From NCBI RefSeq assembly GCF_037042905.1, contig NC_087250.1, positions 6,202,001 through 6,266,000 on the forward strand: 64,000 nucleotides of DNA, written 5' to 3'. Below, in pieces: positions 52,001 through 64,000 of this stretch; the stretch's first letter is position 1, and every line of letters begins with the position of its first letter. The notes beneath the pieces are model-generated. The model searched no databases. It was not told where the DNA came from and was given only the letters and a program-made list of their open reading frames with translations. The translations under genes were made by a program, and so were the position numbers. The stretch comes from Lytechinus pictus. Lineage: Eukaryota.

Positions 52001-53148
52001 TTTATAACTCTAAAATCTAGCTTATTCTGAGCTGTCAAAAAAATATTTAAATTTTGAGATAAAGATTTGATCAGCCGCGATATACAAAAAGTGATGCATG
52101 CATTGCATTGTACAGTACATAGACAAAACTTATCTTTACAATAAACCAGTCAAAGTTTATTGTGAATTAAGTTAGCATAGTCCTTGCAAATCCCTTTTAA
52201 AGGTGCACCCTAACATTAATTTTGCACAGGAGATGTTTAAAAAAGTCCATGGTTGGCAAAAAGTTAATCATGCAAAAAGAGCGATCAAATTAAAAAAGTG
52301 CAAAAAGTGGCAAAGCAGTAACTATAACACTTTGTATGTTTTTTTTTTCAGGTACTTCTTCGGGAATACCACCATTGACCTATACCCATAAATACAGTCA
52401 CCATGACCTTCATTATTTCAGAGTGAAATTATGAAACTTCCATGTTTTCATTACAAATTAGCCATCTTTCTTTACATTATTCACAAATAAAATATGATCA
52501 TAAAGGACAAATTTATGGTTATTTTTATGTCATGTTTATATATTGCCTCTGACCTTGCATTTATTCTTTATGCATATTTTTGTCTTGTTTGATCTTGTTT
52601 TACAAATCTTTGCATTTTAGCATCAAGATCATCACCTGCGGTGTTTTATCTCAGAGAAACAATTATATAATGTTAAAAAGGTCATTGACCTTTGACCTTG
52701 AATTGTATGGGTGAATGTCCATTTCATGTACTTCATTTTATTTCATTTGACCTTCTTGCAAGAATCTGTGAGTTTTTACACCAAGATCACCAACCTGCGC
52801 CTTTTTATCTCATAGATACTGTTATACAGCGTGGTATATCATGTATAAAAGGGCATTGACCTTTGAAAGGCTTTGACCTTGAATTTTAAGGGTGAATGTG
52901 CATTATAGGTACTTAATTTTATTCAATTTGATCTTCTTGTAAGAATCTGTGCATTTTGACACCATGATCGCCAACCTGCGCCTTTTCATCTCAGAGATAC
53001 CATTATACAGTATATATGAAAAGGTCATTGACCTTTGACCTTGAAAAAAATCACTTTCCCCACCCCGTATTCTACCTACTTAAATCAGTTGAAAAACCAT
53101 TTCCAATAATTTTATTCCAGATTGGCTCTTTTGGGGTCTAATTTAGGG
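49034..53148. mobile_element. 4.1-kb EnSpm/CMC-like DNA transposon with long TIRs and decayed internal coding remnant
   Basis: CCC...GGG termini with 2-bp AT TSD. ~1.2-kb inverted arms contain ~180-bp tandem units (49050-50330 vs 51530-53121). Minus-strand remnant RDDDEKTAIIRAAASVIVNGIK near 51300. Confidence 0.7.
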
Positions 53149-54155
53149 ATACAATTGTGCAAAATGTAGATACTGTGATTTTTGAAGGGGAAACCCAAAG
53201 TTCAGTGTAGATAGGGCTACTCCGTTTTGCAGTTACTGAAAAGTAATTTTCCCAAAAGAAATGCATAAAACTGGATGTTTCATGTGAAAAAGGGTGGTTC
53301 ACCTACTACTTTTCTGAAAAAGGGTGAAAATTAAAGAAAAAAAAGTCAGATACTGCGGTTTTTCGTAGGGGGGCAGGAATTTTGATTTGCGCCAAAATAA
53401 GGTATGACGACATGAAATGAATCCAGATGTCAATGATGTCATTATCCTACAACTTAGGACTGCATAAAATCCGGTTCAAAACACATTTTCCATTAATTTG
53501 CATTATTATTGTTTAATAAACACTTTTCTATATCGATTCTCAACTTAATTTCATTGAAAAAGGATTTGCAAATATGTTTTCTAAGTCATGTAGGGTTATG
53601 ACATCATTTGCGTCTTGGGTTCATCCACTGCAGTCATGCCTTGCATTTTTATAAATCAAAGTTAACGTCATTGCCAATAATACCTACTGATTATTACAGC
53701 GCGAAAACATACCACATACCACATAAATGAGGTATCAAATTTATTTTGGAGAAGACACTCTTTCTTTCAAAATATATATATGATTATGCGTCCATGGCAT
53801 TTTTTTTTTATTGGGGATGTTCGAGGTGTCATTTTTTCACTCACACGTAATAATAGTACATGGGTAAATGAATGAGAATACTACGATTAGATTAAACAAT
53901 ATACAATCAGAAAAAAAAAATAACAGAAGAAGCTTTGTATTGCAAGGCGGTTTTACTGATTTTTCTGCTAATCGAAAGACGTACACATTCCTATGATAAA
54001 AAATGAAATAAATGAATCGACACTCCGTTTTCCAAATAGTTAAAGAAACCATATTGATTGATACATTAAATACTTTCATAAATAAACTTATCCGAATATT
54101 TCTCCTCCCTACGCTGATTATTTAATTCACCTTTTTTCTTGTATCTCCACAACAG

Positions 54156-54472
54156 GTTGTTCATGTGCAGTTCGAGGAGTCAATCCTGGCAACCGCTGTG
54201 ACAGATAGACTATGGTCCTGTCTTAAATCATTTCCAGAACTAGGTTACCTCACCATCTCAGACTCATCTCTCATTTTCCCTTCATCTCCTCCTGAACTAC
54301 CATCCGTCATAAAGCTATCAGTCAATAAAGTGACGTTACAATGCTACGAAGGGTTGATCTCATCACTACCTGGGTTGCAAGATATCGATGTCGAAGATGC
54401 AGCTAGAGATGACTTTGTTGAATATGTCGAATCTTCAACACGTTTGACATCATTGCAACGACTTGAGATAAA
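54156..54472 (+). CDS. NLR LRR cassette 1, long exon
   Basis: Boundaries aacag|gtt and aa|gtgagg. Protein: VVHVQFEES...LWSCLKSFPELGYLTISDS...LISSLPGLQDIDV...LTSLQRLEIK. Confidence 0.9.
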
Positions 54473-55204
54473 GTGAGGGTTCATGTTCTTAACTCATTAT
54501 TTGCCGAGGATGTTCATTGTTACCATGCCCGGATGCAATCCCCCTCCCGATTATGTGTTCAAAGCGCTCTTATATTAATTCGATACTGTCAAGCGCCCCG
54601 CCCTTTCCTTTATAACGGTCATTTATAATCGGATATCACGCTGAATGTAATATGTCGGCCTATTATAATATCCCAAACTGCTTAAAAAACCTTTTTAGGT
54701 AAACTGTAATGAGATCACAATACGCAGTAGGTAACACGTATTAAAAAACGTAGATCCAGTTAAACTGAATTCCTTTTCCATCGCTCACATTTACACCGAT
54801 ACAGGATGTGCAGGCAGGAGGCAAAATTATTCGGCAAATATGTTGAGCAAAGTGGTCGAGGTACTTGAACGGATTTTCCTCGCTCGTAGTCAAAATTCAT
54901 CTGGACAGCTGTTTGGCTGCATATTATATATAAAAAAGGGAGCAATAAAGTATATCATTACAAATGTATACGTCTATTACATCACAAAGTCCCCTCCCCC
55001 TCTCTCTCTTTAACTGGTCATAATTTTAACATTAGAACATCGCAAGAGCAGCTCATTACAATATTTGTCACAATAATATTGTCGTTACCTATAATTATGA
55101 TAATAAAAAGAACTTTAAACCTAAGGCACTTGGTTCACATCTGAATGATGTATTATGGTTTATTATCATTCCCGTTATGAATTTCTATTTTCTATGCAAT
55201 TCAG

Positions 55205-55253
55205 AACTCTTGATAGATGGCAATTCGACTTTGATACCGCGAAAGGTGTTCAG
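55205..55253 (+). CDS. NLR LRR cassette 1, 49-nt exon
   Basis: Boundaries ttcag|a and cag|gtgagc. Protein (K)TLDRWQFDFDTAKGVQ; phase 2 to phase 0. Confidence 0.85.
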
Positions 55254-56484
55254 GTGAGCATAGGTGTATTATGTGGTTGTATATTATTTGTGTAACTTGC
55301 TTGTTGCTATATAACTGTAACATTATCAGGGGCGGATCTAGCTTTCACAAATAGAAGGGGGATATTTGTGATTATTAAAAAAAATCTTAATCATTTTGTT
55401 TTCCTCCTTAATGAAATAAAACAACGTTTGCTTCTCTATATATTCATTACTGTCCCAGGGGGAATCGGTACTTAGAAAAGAAAATCCGTGACATTGATAT
55501 ACATAGCATATGATTAAACTGTCCCTTCTAAATGTCATACTTTATTTACCAAGTTGCCGATTCGAAATTTAAATGGCCTCACCTATCTCAATTTTTAAAC
55601 AGCCAGAAATTTCCGGTTACTTCTATATAATTATTTCACTTTTTTAGCTGAATTGAAAATCGGACATTCAAAGCACCGTTTGAAATCACAAAGAGGATAA
55701 AAATCACACTTAACAAATAATTCGAGCGTGAAGCATGAGTAGATTTAAAAGAAAAATCAGTTATGAATATTGAATATTTAAGCATATTTTTTTAACAGAA
55801 AGTAATAACAAGTCGAATGCATCTGGCTGTCTGGCATGCATTATGCGATATTGTAACAGTGCTGACTTTGAAAACAGTTATTGAAAAATTATTCACAAAA
55901 GAAAGCTTTAATATGATAATAAAATAATATTTCCGTTGACCCAACATGATCTTTGACCAAAATCATGTGACCTAAGACGTGTTCAAAACATACTTGATAA
56001 CCCTTATGTATATGTTTAATGTGTAGATCCATAATTGTTCAAAGTTATGATGCCAATTAGAAAATACCCCCAACACGGCCAAAGTTTATTGACCCTAAAT
56101 GACCTTTGATCTCCGTCATGTGACCTGAAACTTTTACATGATATTTATGAATGCATGGTTATTCTTATGTTCAAGTTTCGTGAACTAGATTCCTAAAATG
56201 TCAAAGTTATAATGAAAATTTCACAAATCCCCCCAACATATTCAAAGTTCGTTGACATTGGCCATGTGACACTATTACCCTTTGTCTTATTTCAAGAAAT
56301 TGGTCCATATACTTTCTAAGTTATGACGACATTTCCAAAAATTCAATATAGCAACAGTGCTGACATTGAAAACAGCTGTTGAATAATTGTTCTCAAAGAA
56401 AACATTCATATGATAATAAGATACTATGTTCATGTTCAAACACCGTAATTCTTACCCAGCTTTTCTATTTTTATTTCCCTTCAG

Positions 56485-56786
56485 ATAAAAAAATGTCATC
56501 TGTCTTCTGAGATGACTGCTGGAATGTGGTCCTGTTTGAGATCGCTCACGTCACTGAACCATCTCACCATCTTAGACTCATCGCTTAGTTTCTCTGTATC
56601 AAGTCCTGAGCTACCGTCCGTCACAAACCTATCAGCCAATAAAGTGACGTCACAATGTTATAAAGGTTTGATCTCATCACTACCGGGGTTGCGAGATATC
56701 GATGTCCAAGATGCAGCGAGAGATGCCTTTGTTGAAATGGTAAAGTCTTCAACACGTTTGACATCATTGCAACGACTTGAGATAAA
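56485..56786 (+). CDS. NLR LRR cassette 2, long exon
   Basis: Boundaries ttcag|ata and aa|gtgagt. Protein: IKKCHLSSEMTAGMWSCLRSLTSLNHLTILDS...LTSLQRLEIK. Confidence 0.9.
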
Positions 56787-58648
56787 GTGAGTAAATGCTT
56801 TTAGCTGCTTTTTGCCGAAGATTTCCATTCTTACAATGGCCATATGCAAACTGCTTTCCTAGTTAGTTGCTTAAAGGGCTCCTATATGTCCTATATTAAC
56901 ACTGGATGTATTTTGTAGGCTTATTGTAATATTCTAAACTAATAAAACATTTTTGGTAAACGGTAATGAGATAATAATACGTAGTAACTTACACTTGGTG
57001 CAGTTTCCAAAACAACACGTAATTCCTGTTTCCTGCCAAGCTAAGCTTACTATCATTTATAACGATACAGGATGAAGGAGACGAATGATTCGGAAAATAT
57101 GTTGAGCAAAGTGGTCAAGGTCCTTTTAATTAAAGATTTTTACTCATCCTTTGTTGGCTCTCATAATCGAAAGTCACCTGGACAGATGGTGGGTAGGAAT
57201 TTTGGTATTAAAGCCAAATAAAATATAATTAACAAAAATCGGGGCCATAAGGTGTTTCATTACAAACTTATAAGTCTATATCATCATAAAATCCTTGTCC
57301 CCCGGGCAGCCCTTTCTCAAATATCAAGATACGGGATTATAGTTCAAAATATAATTGCAGTTCTACAATACAGCCTGGATTTAGAGAGCTAATTATTTTA
57401 TCTATCTAATGAGCGAGATGGTTGAATGTATGAATTATATTAATACTAGCCTAAGCTGCGCTTGATGACAGTTCATATGCATATCTGGATTGTACAAAAC
57501 TTCTGAGACTGTGTTGGTTGTTTGGAGAGTGTCAAAGGAGTCGTATTTGCGGGAAACCTGGCAAAATTATAATCGTTTGTCATAATGATATTTTTTAAAG
57601 GTGCACTTACTTCATAATGTAGATATCGTTTGCCTTCTCGCTTTACTCCGCTGTAAACAACGAATACCATAGTTCATACTAGCAATTTGGATAAAATAGT
57701 CTATAAAGTAGTATTGATCCTTTAAGAGTTTAAATGAAGAAAATAGGTGAAAATTCCCTTATTTCCATACACCACGCTGAATACAGAACGCACTCCATGG
57801 GCTCATCGTGGACCTAGTAGGTCCATGGGCTCAATAAGTGACTAGCCTGCTTTCGGTTATTTACAAGTTCAGCAGTAAGTAATTGAAGCTGCTTTCAGAA
57901 TGGTTTTCTATCATCAATACTCCCAGACATGTACCTTCTCTTTAAATCAGTTATTCTTAATCTATATTGCAATGACGTGAAGACAATTTTAAGTGATTAT
58001 TGCAGATGACCATTCACAACACTATTCATAAATGGTAATTGGTATTAAAGTTAAAAAGAGCCATATTTTTCAGTATTTTTTGTGTCAATTTCGAATGAAG
58101 TGTAAAGTTGCTTTTCTTATTACCTCCATGGCAACGGCGATTTATTTTTTGCTTCAAGAAACATGTGTTCTGTTTTGATAATGATTATGATAATAATGAT
58201 ACGAGGTAGATATTGTTTATATCGTGATGAGACTTATATATATTTCTGAGCATTATGATAGCGATAATAACTGTGATTTGTAATGTAATAATTATGATTG
58301 CCAAATACCTCTTTTATCAAGGATTTGTATGCGGTAGATACTTATCTGTTTACGGCGCCAGAGTTGAAAATTATCATCATAGAATTGCCGATAGACACCC
58401 GCAAAACACACACAAAAGGTCCCCCCCCCTCTTTACTTGTTATGATCTCAATGTTAGAACATCACAAGAGAAACTCTTTGCTGCAGTGCTTGTCACAATA
58501 ATATTGTTGTTACTCATGGTTATTATTTAATGACTTTAAAGCGTATAATAATTTTCGAGGCACCTAGGCCACATCTGAATGATGTTTCATGGCTAATTAT
58601 CATTTCCGTTACAAAATTATATTTTCTCTAATTTTCTCTACGACACAG

Positions 58649-58697
58649 ATCTCTTGATAAATGGCAATTCGACTTTGATACCAGCTCAGGTGTTAAG
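58649..58697 (+). CDS. NLR LRR cassette 2, 49-nt exon
   Basis: Boundaries cacag|a and aag|gtaagc. Protein (K)SLDKWQFDFDTSSGVK. Confidence 0.85.
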
Positions 58698-58809
58698 GTA
58701 AGCTTAGCTGTAATATGTTGCTGTATATTAATTTTGTAAATTGTTGGTTGCTATATAAAACTTAACGTTATCAGGGCCGGATCCAGCTTTCACCAATGGA
58801 AGGGGGAGG

Positions 58810-59179
58810 GAATATTTTCCATATGTTCCCACATGATATTTGCTTCCTTTAGGAACTTAATAGCTCCTGGTACCTGTCTGCATGCTTGAGTACCCACCTT
58901 AGATCGCATTGTTCCACTGTGGTGACACTTTGTTTCATACAGTGGGTCAGTGGTTGGTGTCGTGTCGTGGGTGCTCAAGCATGCAGACAGGGTATATTTA
59001 TGTATATTCATTTTATTGATATATTTATACTACATGTATGTATTATTTTGATGTATTGTATTTATAGTTTCTGAATGATTGTTATTTTTTTTATGCACTT
59101 TTTGTTAAGAAGTCCGAGGACAATTTTAGTGTTTTTTATACATGACAATAAAATGAATTGAATTGAATTGAATTGAATT
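58810..59179 (+). mobile_element. 5'-truncated LINE 3' tail ending in (GAATT)n
   Basis: Absent from the paralogous introns of cassettes 1 and 3. Ends aataaaat(gaatt)5. Confidence 0.55.
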
Positions 59180-60217
59180 CACAACTAAAGACTGAACTGT
59201 TACGCACATCTTAACTTTATTAATGCGAGCGGGAAGAGCCAGCTCATTTGTTTCATGAATTTAGATCTTGCAATTAAATATTTTGAAGAATTATGTTATA
59301 ATGATCAAGATATATCAAAATAAACAATATATGAGTGCGCTAAGTTCTGGCAGAGAATTTTCATATACTGACTTTAAAGTGGACCTGTTTACAACTGTTT
59401 GCAGTGACTCATTTTAAAGAAAATTTAAACAAGTAGATTAGGTGAAAAATTACATAATATGAGACGAACAAAATAGATATGAATTTTCAAAACTTTCAAC
59501 AGGAATTGATTTAGCTCTGGATACTTCAGATTGGTCCCATAGGAGATGTTATAGTGATGTAATGCGAGGACTATTTTTCAATTCAATACAGCATAACAAA
59601 ATAGTTAAAATGCCATCATTTGAAAAGACTAATTCATTTTTTTTTCTTCCATAATGAAATCAGACAACGTATGCTACTCTCTTCATGTATTTATAGCTGT
59701 CCCAGCCTCCCAGGGGAAATCGGTACTAAGAAAAAGAAAATCCGTGATATTAATCTGCACGGTATACGAGAAAACTATCCCTTCTATATGTCATAATTTA
59801 TTTACCATGTTGCCGATTCGAAATTTAAATGGTCTTACCTATCTCAGTTTTAAAACAGCCAGCAATTTTTAATAGCTTTTCCAGTTACTTTAAAACGTTC
59901 CCCTATGTATATAATTATTTCACAAGTTTATAGCTGATTTGAAAATCGAACATTCTATGCACCGTTTGAAATCGGGAAGAGGATAAAAATCTCACTTAAT
60001 AAATAATTCCAGCGTGAAGCATGAGTAGATTTAAAGAAAAAAAATATGTAATGAATATTAAATATTTAAACATATTTTTAACAGTAAACATGATATTATA
60101 TCGATTTACAGTATTCATGGTTTATTTATTCCAAAAACAAAACACATTTGGCAGCCAATGGCTGAAAAAATTGTGTTTACAAATGGATCATACATACACA
60201 CACACACACGTACACAA

Positions 60218-60258
<41 letters not shown>

Positions 60259-61301
60259 CAAATCCAAAGTAATACACTTTGTAATAATAGACCTCGTAGA
60301 ATAATCGTCGATATTATAACCATGTAAAGTCAATATTGATAGATCAGATAAATAGAAAACGCGATTAAAGTTTGATAAATTGATTTTTTTCTTTATTAAC
60401 TTTACCCTTTTTCCGTTGAAAGTAGTAGATAGATTACCTAATCATTATTTGCCAAAAATCGCTCAAAAGGAAATAACGATCAATTGAAAGCCAGTGCATT
60501 GAATACAAAATTTAGCAATCAATTAATTAATTAATACAAAGCTGAAGTATTATATTATGAATTGTTGAGTAGGAAAATGAAAAAACAATGAAGTTTTAAC
60601 AGATTAATCAGCAGTAATAACAAGCGGAACGCCTTTCGCTGTCTCGCATGCATTATGCGATTCAATGTGGTAACAGTGCTGACTTTGAAAACAGCTATTG
60701 AATAATTAATCACAAAAGAAGGCATTCATATGATAATAAAATTAGATGTCCATTGACACAACACGACCTTTAATCATAATAATGTGACCTAAGATGTGTT
60801 CAAAACATACTTCATGACCCTTGTGTATATGTTTTTTGTGTAGATCCATAAACTTTCAAAGTTATGATGTCAATGCAAAAATACCCCCAACACGGCCTAA
60901 GTTTATTGACCCTAAATGACCTTTGATCTCCGTCATGTGACCTGAAACTTTTACATGATATTTATGAATGCATGGTTATTCTTATGTTTAAGTTTCGTGA
61001 ACTAGATTCCTAAAATGTCAAAGTTATAATGAAAATTCCACAAATCCCCCCAACATATTCAAAGTTCGTTGACATTGGTCATGTGAAACTATTACCCTTT
61101 GTTTTATTTCAAGAAATTGGTCCATATACTTTCTAAGTTATGACGACATTTCCAAAAATTCAATATAGCAACAGTGCTGACATTGAAAACAGCTGTTGAA
61201 TAATTGTTCTCAAAGAAAACATTCATATGATAATAAGATACTATGTTCATGTTCAAACACCGTAATTCTTACCCAGCTTTTCTATTTTTATTTCCCTTCA
61301 G

Positions 61302-61603
61302 ATAAAAAAATGTCATCTGTCTTCTGAGATGACTGCTGGAATGTGGTCCTGTTTGAGATCGCTCACCTCACTGAACCATCTTACCATCTCAGACTCATCG
61401 CTCAGTTTCTCTCTATCACCTCCTGAGCTACCGTCCGTCACAAACCTATCAGTCAATAAAGTGACGTTACAATGCTACGAAGGGTTGATCTCATCACTAC
61501 CTGGGTTGCAAGATATCGATGTCCAAGATGCAGCTAGAGATGACTTTGTTGAATATGTCGAATCTTCAACACGTTTGACATCATTGCAACGACTTGAGAT
61601 AAA
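61302..61603 (+). CDS. NLR LRR cassette 3, long exon (recombinant of cassettes 2 and 1)
   Basis: Boundaries ttcag|ata and aa|gtgagg. The 5' half matches cassette 2 and the 3' half matches cassette 1. Confidence 0.9.
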
Positions 61604-62335
61604 GTGAGGGTTCATGTTCTTAACTCATTATTTGCCGAGGATGTTCATTGTTACCATGCCCGGATGCAATCCCCCTCCCGATTATGTGTTCAAAGCGCTC
61701 TTATATTAATTCGATACTGTCAAGCGCCCCGCCCTTTCCTTTATAACGGTCATTTATAATCGGATATCACGCTGAATGTAATATGTCGGCCTATTATAAT
61801 ATCCCAAACTGCTTAAAAAACCTTTTTAGGTAAACTGTTATGAGATCACAATACGTAGTAGGTAACACGTATTAAAAAACGTAGATCCAGTTAAACTGAA
61901 TTCCTTTTCCATCGCTCACATTTACACCGATACAGGATGTGCAGGCAGGAGGCAAAATTATTCGGCAAATATGTTGAGCAAAGTGGTCGAGGTACTTGAA
62001 CGGATTTTCCTCGCTCGTAGTCAAAATTCATCTGGACAGCTGTTTGGCTGCATATTATATATAAAAAAGGGAGCAATAAAGTATATCATTACAAATATAT
62101 ACGTCTATTACATCACAAAGTCCCCTCCCCCTCTCTCTCTTTAACTGGTCATAATTTTAACATTAGAACATCGCAAGAGCAGCTCATTACAATATTTGTC
62201 ACAATAATATTGTCGTTACCTATAATTATGATAATAAAAAGAACTTTAAACCTAAGGCACTTGGTTCACATCTGAATGATGTATTATGGTTTATTATCAT
62301 TCCCGTTATGAATTTCTATTTTCTATGCAATTCAG

Positions 62336-62384
62336 AACTCTTGATAGATGGCAATTCGACTTTGATACCGCGAAAGGTGTTCAG
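62336..62384 (+). CDS. NLR LRR cassette 3, 49-nt exon
   Basis: Identical to 55205-55253, with the same splice sites. Confidence 0.85.
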
Positions 62385-62624
62385 GTGAGCATAGGTGTAT
62401 TATGTGGTTGTATATTATTTGTGTAACTTGCTTGTTGCTATATAACTGTAACATTATCAGGGGCGGATCTAGCTTTCACAAATAGAAGGGGGATATTTGT
62501 GATTATTAAAAAAATCTTAATCATTTTGTTTTCCTCCTTAATGAAATAAAACAACGTTTGCTTCTCTATATATTCATTACTGTCCCAGGGGGAATCGGTA
62601 CTTAGAAAAGAAAATCCGTGACAT

Positions 62625-64000
62625 TGATTGATTGATTGATTGCATTTATTCTTTTTCATTCCAAATTTTAACAAAAGTTACAATGTATAGTAAAACACAA
62701 AATATAATATACAGAAATGAAAAAAGGGAACCCACTGGAAAGCAAAGCTTGTTATTATGGGTTCCCTGCAATAAATAGTTGATTAAAGTATGTAATTGAT
62801 CAGTGAAATTCAAATCGTAAATTAAAAAGGTTTATACAATGAAAAAGAATACTACTGGGGTCAAGCTTTTTATGTGTACTGTGTTAAAATTGACAAAAAA
62901 TATTATATTATACCCCTGCTGTATAAAAACAAACCATGAGTTCAGGAGTGTATGAACAAACAATCACTTGGAAAAGACAGAACGAATACTAAAAACAAAA
63001 CAAAGACAAAAACAAAAACAAAGAAGGCACGCAAACCACAACAGGACAAGACAGCAAAAAAGGGAACAGAAACAAAACAAAACACACTACAAAACATAGA
63101 CAAACAGGAAAATAAGAAAAGCAACAGAACTAGACATTAAAGGTGATAGGAAGAGAGAGAGAACAAAAGAAATATAAGAGGGAGGAGGAAAGAGAAGAAA
63201 GAAGAAAATAAGAAGGGAAGAAGAAGAAGATGTGGTAGCTGCTTACACAGAAATGTTTGAGTTCTGGGGTTTATACCCAAGAATAAGAATTTTCTTTAAC
63301 CCTCGACTGAAACTTAAATGTGTTGGTTTGTTACGTAATGATTCTGTAAGAGAGTTCCAAAGTTTGATACCTGTAAAAATAAATGTTTTATTCAAAAGGA
63401 TGGTTCTAGCTCTTGGTGGATGAAAGAGCCCGGCGGACCTAGTAGGATAATGATGAATATCGACATTTTTAGTAAACATGGAATAAAATATATTTGGAAG
63501 TTCATTTTTATCTAAACTATACATGAGTTTTCCGAGATTGTATCGATACAAGTCACCAATCTTCAAAATATTATATTTATAGAAAAGTTCGTCAGTGTGT
63601 GAACGAAAATCTGCATGACAAATAATACGAATAGCCTTTTTCTGCAAAAGTAAAATTCTGTTCAGGAGGCAGTCAGCACAATTCCCCCATGCTGTTATAC
63701 CGTAGTTTAAATGAGGCAGGATCAAAGTTGAATACAAATTAAATAGTATATGAGTGGGAAAGAAAAATTTTACTTTGTTTATAATACCAATATTTCTCGA
63801 AATAATTTTACAAATGTGATCAACGTGTTCTTTCCAGGAAAGATTATTATCAATGGTTACCCCAAGAAATTTAGTACTGCCAACTCTTTGTAAATTAGTA
63901 TTTTCGAAAATTATATTACCTGGAAGTTCATCTATGATATTACTAAAGAGCATATAATTTGTTTTTTGGAGATTAAGGGATAGTTTATTAGCTTTGATCC
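62625..64000 (-). mobile_element. Young LINE (CR1/L2 group), 3' portion, continues beyond the window
   Basis: Open ORF2 frame, ~600-bp 3' UTR and (CAAT)n tail. Absent from the paralogous site at ~55498. Confidence 0.92.
63243..63998 (-). CDS. LINE ORF2 reverse transcriptase C-terminal region (partial)
   Basis: IKANKLSLNLQKTNYMLF...KFLGVTIDNNLSWKEHV...LYSTLILPHLNYGITAWG...GIKLWNSL. The frame is open to the window edge. Confidence 0.9.
   Translation of the reverse strand: MKANKLSLNLQKTNYMLFSNIIDELPGNIIFENTNLQRVGSTKFLGVTIDNNLSWKEHVDHICKIISRNIGIINKVKFFFPTHILFNLYSTLILPHLNYGITAWGNCADCLLNRILLLQKKAIRIICHADFRSHTDELFYKYNILKIGDLYRYNLGKLMYSLDKNELPNIFYSMFTKNVDIHHYPTRSAGLFHPPRARTILLNKTFIFTGIKLWNSLTESLRNKPTHLSFSRGLKKILILGYKPQNSNISV

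Larger units (their letters stand above)
40495..53376. mobile_element. Outer host DNA element (Sola-like; ~0.75 kb of own sequence) expanded to 12.9 kb by nested insertions
   Basis: Imperfect TIR ctgcctccctatggaaaacgcagcacc / gatactgcggtttttcgtaggggggcag. Flanks are aaat/gaat. Confidence 0.55.
30120..62384 (+). other. Gene span: DEATH-NACHT-LRR NOD-like receptor, 8 coding exons visible, 3' end beyond the window
   Basis: All 8 exons have AG/GT boundaries with matching phases (1,0,2,0,2,0,2,0), giving one uninterrupted reading frame. Confidence 0.85.

Overview
AT-rich animal genomic DNA, most consistent with an echinoderm such as a sea urchin (inferred from NLR architecture and repeat content). 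The main gene is a + strand DEATH-NACHT-LRR (NLR-type) immune receptor. It has a death-domain exon (ATG 30120), a large NACHT exon (37350-38920) and an LRR region built from a repeating two-exon cassette (~302 nt + 49 nt = 117 aa). Three cassettes are visible, the third is a recombinant of the first two, and the gene runs off the window end. Upstream lies a 5-exon ZU5/UPA-like + death-domain pseudogene (8785-12506). The rest is dominated by mobile DNA: a 6.9-kb near-perfect palindrome of two inverted Harbinger-type elements that splits a tRNA-derived SINE and carries 15 RFX X-box-like motifs; a 280-bp Penelope-like element with a promoter and minimal hammerhead ribozyme; nested DNA transposons at 27.4-29.2 kb and filling most of the 15-kb NLR intron; LINE and SINE fragments; and microsatellites. 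All calls are by eye from the sequence; no database searches were run.
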